Below are positions 58,915 through 64,000 of a stretch of 64,000 bases of DNA, piece by piece. The notes beneath the pieces are model-generated. The model ran no database searches and had not been told where the DNA came from. It saw only the letters and a program-made list of their open reading frames with translations. The position numbers and the translations under genes were made by a program. Source of the DNA: Candidatus Kaiserbacteria bacterium (GTDB taxonomy: Bacteria > Patescibacteriota > Minisyncoccia > Phycocordibacterales > Phycocordibacteraceae); the NCBI GenBank assembly GCA_016182485.1, contig JACPGH010000007.1:27656-91655 (forward strand), in the 5' to 3' direction. Within the stretch, counting starts at the first letter, position 1, and each line of letters starts with the position of its first letter.

Positions 58915-59503
58915 AATCAGAATGCGGCAGGTTGAAATGCTCACGGAGATGGCGGTCATTTTCTATTTCCTGAACAACCATATACAAAACCGCGGAGCCG
59001 ATTTTTAGCTCTGCCTTAAGGAGCGCGAGTACCTCTTCGCAATCATACGGATACACCCACACGCTGTCCTGCAATCTTTTAAAGCCGAAAGATTCCATGA
59101 ATCTCCGCAGCCGATCGCGAACCCTTCTCCTCTTTTCGGAAATATCGAACACGATGACGCGCCAGTTCTGATCCCATTTCCTTTTTCTTTCCGGACTCAT
59201 GAACTCTTGCAATCCCTTGCTGAAAAGGAGCATTTTCCCCTCCTTAGTCGTACGCGCGTACCACTTCCCGTCCTCCTGTACGAACTTAACCAATCCGGCT
59301 TCTTTTAGCCTCCCGAGCGCGCGCTTGTTTTGATACTTAAATCTTGCATTATTTATCCCTGATATCCGCTTCAGCAATTGAAACGGGTCGGGTATACGCC
59401 CTCCGATGAGAATGAGACCTGCTCCCAAACAGGCCAGGAGCAATGCAGTTCGTAATTGCCGTTTCCGCCGCCTCACGCGTACTTTCCCCTCAACCGTGTT
59501 CAT
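58913..59503 (-). CDS. PaaX-like winged-helix plus Cas2-like domain protein
   Basis: L.RLKEAGLV...Y..T.EG wHTH, then KWDQNWRVIVFDISEKRR..RD.LR..GFKRLQDSVWV. Confidence 0.82.
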   Translation of the reverse strand: MNTVEGKVRVRRRKRQLRTALLLACLGAGLILIGGRIPDPFQLLKRISGINNARFKYQNKRALGRLKEAGLVKFVQEDGKWYARTTKEGKMLLFSKGLQEFMSPERKRKWDQNWRVIVFDISEKRRRVRDRLRRFMESFGFKRLQDSVWVYPYDCEEVLALLKAELKIGSAVLYMVVQEIENDRHLREHFNLPHSD

Positions 59504-59540
59504 ATGTACATGATGACATCAGTATATCTCTACCCAGTCG

Positions 59541-59577
59541 CTATCCCCATTTGTTTACGGTCGTACAAAATAGCGTC
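59541..59577. repeat. Imperfect palindromic repeat, copy 2 (upstream of the PaaX/Cas2-like gene)
   Basis: CTATCCCCATTTGTTTACGGTCGTACAAAATAGCGTC. Confidence 0.88.
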
Positions 59578-59641
59578 GTATACCTAGCGGCACACATAAG
59601 CGACACCCCGAACGATGAGTTTTACGCTGCGGTATGGAGTT

Positions 59642-60883
59642 TTATACGCTGCGGTATGCGGCGAGATAGCGCGCAATATATGTATCGAAATTGAAATCTT
59701 TCAAGACTCTCTCCCGACCGGCGCGGCCTATGGCGGCTGCTTTTTCCGGATCTTGCAAAAGAGCGAGAGTCTTATCGGCTATTTCCCGCGATTGAAACGG
59801 ATTGACGACGTAGCCTGTCTCCCCGTCGACGACGAGCTCTGGCGCCCCGCCGAATTTCGTAGCAATGAGCGGTTTGCCTGCAGCGGACGCTTCAAGCGCC
59901 GAACGCGGGAAGGCGTCGAAGTAGGGAGAAGGAACCCATACAATGTCGCTCGCACAGTAGGCAACAATCTTTTCTTCGCCCGAAAGCCAGCCGGTAAAGA
60001 CCACATCCAGCCGAGGATTACTATCCCTATTTTTAGACGACCGTTCAAAAATGGGGATGTCTCTCTTTATCGCTTCGGCGTTTTCATCTTTCCCCATTAC
60101 CACCAGAACGGCATGGGGCATTCGCTCAGCCACGAGGCGCATAGCTTTGACGGCCTCTCGCCTCGCGCCGAGCCGGCCGCCGAAGAGGACAACCTTCTTC
60201 CCTATAAGCCCACGGTGGCTCTTGAACGCGGTTACCGCCTCGGCGCTTGCCTGCCAAGCGGCGGCGTCAATACCGGTATGTATTGCCGCAACCGAGCGAA
60301 TTCCGTTCTTCTCGAGCACTTCTTTGAGCGCCTCGCTTACCGCGAACCGGGCATCGGCATAGTTCAAGTATCTTCGTATCAGAAAATTGCGCAAGGGATT
60401 GTAGCGCTTTCCCGCTTGCCGCAGGTTATCGCGCCACGAAAGGCGCGGATCGAGTTTTTGGAAATACTTATCAGTCGCCAGTTTGCCGTAACTTACCGCC
60501 ATCGCATCGCGCGCAGTCCAGACGACCCTCTTCGCATAACGCTTCGCGATTTTGAGGCAATGATATGAAAGATAACAATGAATGTTGTTGGCATGCACGA
60601 CGTCCGGTTGTATCTTTTTCAATATGAATTCCACCTGCCGGATGACAGACGGATTGTAAAGAGACACCCAAGGGCGCCAGCGCTCGTGATAATCGCTAGC
60701 TATCTTGAAAACTGTGAGGCCTTGACAATACGACTCTCCTGCTTCGCTCTCTTTCCTACAGGCGGTAATTACAAAAACCTCGTGACCGGCTTTCTGCATT
60801 CCGACAGCGAGCTCGTAGGCAGAAATCCCTGCTCCTCCGAAACTTTGCGGAGGAAAATCGTCCTGCAAAAAGAGAATCTTCAT
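59642..60883 (-). CDS. GT4 glycosyltransferase
   Basis: FPP..FGGA, PDVVH.NN, LEASAAGKP.IAT..GG.PELV.DGETG. Confidence 0.9.
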   Translation of the reverse strand: MKILFLQDDFPPQSFGGAGISAYELAVGMQKAGHEVFVITACRKESEAGESYCQGLTVFKIASDYHERWRPWVSLYNPSVIRQVEFILKKIQPDVVHANNIHCYLSYHCLKIAKRYAKRVVWTARDAMAVSYGKLATDKYFQKLDPRLSWRDNLRQAGKRYNPLRNFLIRRYLNYADARFAVSEALKEVLEKNGIRSVAAIHTGIDAAAWQASAEAVTAFKSHRGLIGKKVVLFGGRLGARREAVKAMRLVAERMPHAVLVVMGKDENAEAIKRDIPIFERSSKNRDSNPRLDVVFTGWLSGEEKIVAYCASDIVWVPSPYFDAFPRSALEASAAGKPLIATKFGGAPELVVDGETGYVVNPFQSREIADKTLALLQDPEKAAAIGRAGRERVLKDFNFDTYIARYLAAYRSV

Positions 60884-60891
60884 TTTGGGAT

Positions 60892-62397
60892 TTATCGTTC
60901 GATCTTATAGAAAACAAAAGATTCATTTTCTTCGACAACAACTGCGTGCTTGCCAGCCTTCCGTATCAGATTCGTTACAGTAGCAGCGTTACTCCTTCCT
61001 AACACCGCATATTGGGTGCCGTTCTTAATCAATGATATGAGCTCTTTCTCATTCGCAGGGTAGTTCCTGTCCCCCCACGAGGAAAGATGCGGGAGAAGAT
61101 ATACTGGCAGACTATTAAAATTGTATGCGTTATTATGCGCGTAAAACACCATGTCGGTATGCTCATCAATAAGAACTGAATCTTGCGGGGAAATTTCGCG
61201 TTGCGCTAGAAAAACCAGAGCCGCGTCGTCCCTTCGCGCGTTGTATCGAGAGACAGAGGTAAATGTCGAATAGGGGTACGGAACTAATTCGCTGCCGACG
61301 AATAATACAATACACCCTAGGAGCGCGCCGATTGCTTTTTTCTCAATTCTCTTATGCTGTACGGAGAGAGATAATATCGTTAGAACGGTCATAGTAAAGG
61401 CAAGTATCCCGAAACGGCTGTATATGAGCAGGATCGGGGACAATGACGAAACAAGCCAAATCAAGACATAAAACGCAATTGGGGTGAGCGAAACGGCTGC
61501 GAACGCTATGCTGCACTCGTACGGTTGAACCACTGCCTTAACGCGTTGATACACGCGTAGCATTAGGAATGCGAGCACTGCCCCAATAGCCGCTAGTACA
61601 GACAGAAAAATAGGGTGCTGAAGCGCTCTAGTCGCCAACGGCGGCAGAATTATCGGATACCCGACCCAGAAGACGTACGTAAAAACTATTGCCGCCCATG
61701 CTAGCCAATTAAGAAAAAGTAGTTTGCTGACGCGGTGGTTTTGTCTTTCGAAGCGTTCTCGAATGAATACATATGCTATTGCCGCGGCAGAAAAAATGAG
61801 GGCTTCTTCTCTCACAAAAAGAAGCAGGTTGAGAAAAAACAGGTTCTCGGCTAGACCGCGCCGACAGATAATCGAAAGGGTGAACAATATCGAAAAAGAG
61901 GAAAGGAGTACCCAAGGGGAGAGGTTCCCTGCCATGGTAATGACACTGCTGGGATATATCGCGCTGGCTATCACACCCGCAAGCAATAAAAAGGCGGAAG
62001 CGCTGCGCGGCTTCCACGCGATAACAGCTATATAAATCAGCGGTAAAAAATATAATACGGTCCACACGAGAAATAGAAAGAATACCGACGGAACCGCGCT
62101 ATACAGCAACGCATTGAAAAGTTTTACCGGTTCAAAATGAATCCAATGATAAAGCCCTTCCCCGCCATCAATTCCCTGCATGAAAAACATGTTATTGCCG
62201 GTTATGTCGGCAGCGAGGTGCTTCTGCAGGTTTGGATTGAATGCTTTTACAGCGAAGGGCAAATAATAGGTCCCCTCAAAACTAAGCGCTCTGTACTTAA
62301 TATTAGCCAGCGCGGAAGAGACCAGCACCAGGGCGCAAAACAATAATATGGAAAGCAGCGGCACGGTATGGATTCGAAAGAATGCGGAGATATGCAT
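60892..62397 (-). CDS. Polytopic membrane protein (DUF2079/GT-C-like)
   Basis: Multiple TM helices, HWIHFEP, VREE; AT-rich. Confidence 0.6.
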   Translation of the reverse strand: MHISAFFRIHTVPLLSILLFCALVLVSSALANIKYRALSFEGTYYLPFAVKAFNPNLQKHLAADITGNNMFFMQGIDGGEGLYHWIHFEPVKLFNALLYSAVPSVFFLFLVWTVLYFLPLIYIAVIAWKPRSASAFLLLAGVIASAIYPSSVITMAGNLSPWVLLSSFSILFTLSIICRRGLAENLFFLNLLLFVREEALIFSAAAIAYVFIRERFERQNHRVSKLLFLNWLAWAAIVFTYVFWVGYPIILPPLATRALQHPIFLSVLAAIGAVLAFLMLRVYQRVKAVVQPYECSIAFAAVSLTPIAFYVLIWLVSSLSPILLIYSRFGILAFTMTVLTILSLSVQHKRIEKKAIGALLGCIVLFVGSELVPYPYSTFTSVSRYNARRDDAALVFLAQREISPQDSVLIDEHTDMVFYAHNNAYNFNSLPVYLLPHLSSWGDRNYPANEKELISLIKNGTQYAVLGRSNAATVTNLIRKAGKHAVVVEENESFVFYKIER

Positions 62398-62404
62398 GAA
62401 AATT

Positions 62405-63451
62405 TCAAAATATATACTTAGCCAGCTTTAGAATGCCCTGATCCCAGGGCACTCGATGCGAAACACCGCTCGCACGAAACTCCGATCGATGTTCTAGAAA
62501 CCATTCATAGTTACGAATAAGAGCTTGTTTATTTGAGTAACGAGGGTGCCAATCAAGCTTCTGTTCCGCCTTTTCTATCGAAACGAAACTGTCTTTGGAG
62601 GCGGTCTCATATACCCATTTATACAGCGGCGAGAGATGTAGAAATTCCAATATACGCAGCGCCAAAATGATCGGCGCCGCTGGTAATCCGATTATGCGTT
62701 TATGGAAACCGGCTTTATCAAGCACCGCCTGATAATCTTCTTTCATAGTCGTAAATTCTTTAGCGCCGACGTTGAACGTGTCGTTTACTAGCTCTTTTGG
62801 CTTCGTTGCGGTCAGATAAATTGCGTCGCACAGATCCTCGACATCGAGGAGCTGATATCGATTAAGGCCATTCCCTATCATCGGGAAATTCTTTCCGTCA
62901 GCCGCCCAATCATAGAAGAGCGCGAATACGCCAAGGCGCTCAGGGCCTACAAATGATTTGGGGCGGAGAATCGGCACTATGACGCCCTTGGCACGATATT
63001 CCTGGCACAATCGTTCTGCTTTAATTTTCGCCTTGCCGTATTCACCCACGCCGTCGAGCGCATCATTTTCGAAAAGCGGGTGGTGGTCAGGAATTCCATA
63101 GACCGCAGTCGATGAGATTTGTATCACGCGCGAAATTCCGTTTTGAAACGCAGCTTCAAGCACGTTCCTGGTGCCATAAACATCGGTCGAATGAATATCC
63201 TCCGCGTTGTAGAGAGGCAGTGCCGCCGCGGCATGGATTACAACATCGCACTCGCGCATGGTCAATTTCAATTTTTCGAAGTCTCGGATGTCGCCAGTAA
63301 TGGCTGTCATCCGGCTTTTTTCCGGATACTCGAACTGAACTAGGTCATACGAAACGACTTTGTGTCCGCGCGCGAGCAAATGGCGCACCATATTAATGCC
63401 CAGAAACCCGGCTCCGCCGGTTATAAAAAATGTATGCGCCGCTTCAGGCAT
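62405..63451 (-). CDS. NAD-dependent epimerase/dehydratase
   Basis: ITGGAGFLG, HAAAALP, SSTAVYG, YGKAK. Confidence 0.88.
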   Translation of the reverse strand: MPEAAHTFFITGGAGFLGINMVRHLLARGHKVVSYDLVQFEYPEKSRMTAITGDIRDFEKLKLTMRECDVVIHAAAALPLYNAEDIHSTDVYGTRNVLEAAFQNGISRVIQISSTAVYGIPDHHPLFENDALDGVGEYGKAKIKAERLCQEYRAKGVIVPILRPKSFVGPERLGVFALFYDWAADGKNFPMIGNGLNRYQLLDVEDLCDAIYLTATKPKELVNDTFNVGAKEFTTMKEDYQAVLDKAGFHKRIIGLPAAPIILALRILEFLHLSPLYKWVYETASKDSFVSIEKAEQKLDWHPRYSNKQALIRNYEWFLEHRSEFRASGVSHRVPWDQGILKLAKYIF

Positions 63452-63794
63452 AAAGCAGAATGACGCCGAGAACGATCAGCGAGAGACCGCTTGCCTGCAG
63501 ATACGACAAAGATTCGCCGAAGATAAATGCCGATGCTGTAGTGATAATAAGTAATCCGCCGATAATCATCGTTGGATATGCGAGCGAAAGCGGCAGGCGC
63601 GTGAGCGCATATGAATAAAAAACGACATTAAGCGCAAAAAGTATGATGCCGCCGACCAGATAAGGATTCGTTAATACGCGCGGCATGGTCGCGAATGAAA
63701 GACCTTCAGTTAATACAGGCGAGCCCGCCTTCAGAGACACATTTGCAGCCGCGTTGAGAATTAAAGCTAAACCGAGCGCAAGCCAATTCATCAT
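63444..63794 (-). CDS. SMR/EamA-like small 4-TM transporter
   Basis: Four TM helices, LPLSLAYP, FGESLS. Confidence 0.8.
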   Translation of the reverse strand: MMNWLALGLALILNAAANVSLKAGSPVLTEGLSFATMPRVLTNPYLVGGIILFALNVVFYSYALTRLPLSLAYPTMIIGGLLIITTASAFIFGESLSYLQASGLSLIVLGVILLYA

Positions 63795-64000
63795 ACGAAT
63801 AATGATACGATATTTTCTAGAATATACGAAAGGCGTACGCTGAGCTTCTCCGATTTTGAACGCTTTGGGCGGACGTGCAGAAAGGGTGCCTCTAGCATAT
63901 ACGCGAACAAACCGTCCGTAACAAGTTTGTCGCCAATGACAAGAAATGGCGGCGGGGCTGTTAAACCGCGCGCCGCACGTTTGAATGGCTTCCCCGCCGG
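63791..64000 (-). CDS. 3-prime end of a HAD IIIA (YqeG-like) phosphatase, truncated by the window edge
   Basis: Manual translation PAGKPF...VIGDKLVTDGLFA...FLHVRP...*; stop overlaps the next ATG. Confidence 0.65.
   Translation of the reverse strand, partial: PAGKPFKRAARGLTAPPPFLVIGDKLVTDGLFAYMLEAPFLHVRPKRSKSEKLSVRLSYILENIVSLFV

Noticed and set aside
58913-59503. A true cas2 / CRISPR locus
   Set aside because: Fused to a wHTH, solitary, and only two direct repeats over 600 bp apart

Overview
Bacterial chromosomal segment, most likely Patescibacteria/CPR (Parcubacteria-like). This is inferred from gene content and style: split transketolase, class II RNR, PaaX/Cas2-like and four-helix-bundle genes, a giant GNVGIGT-repeat protein, and few Shine-Dalgarno sites. 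Contents in order: an oversized RNase P RNA; a RAYT-type tyrosine transposase flanked by palindromes; nrdJ; tRNA-Ser; lemA/htpX; malic enzyme; recG; a pentose-phosphate/gap cluster; a 19-kb gene for a 6352-aa modular fibre protein; gatB, obgE and secA; and a surface-polysaccharide cluster. The most notable signal lies outside the gene calls. Three kinds of small nucleic-acid-binding gene (RAYT, two Avd-like four-helix-bundle genes, a PaaX/Cas2-like gene) are each flanked by their own repeat family. Gene-less copies of those repeats sit in intergenic gaps and in-frame inside other genes, and similarly built repeats sit inside rnpB. In addition, the giant gene is built from variable modules joined by a 29-bp DNA-conserved junction, and ten genes look leaderless. 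All calls were made by eye without database searches, and repeat counts are manual.
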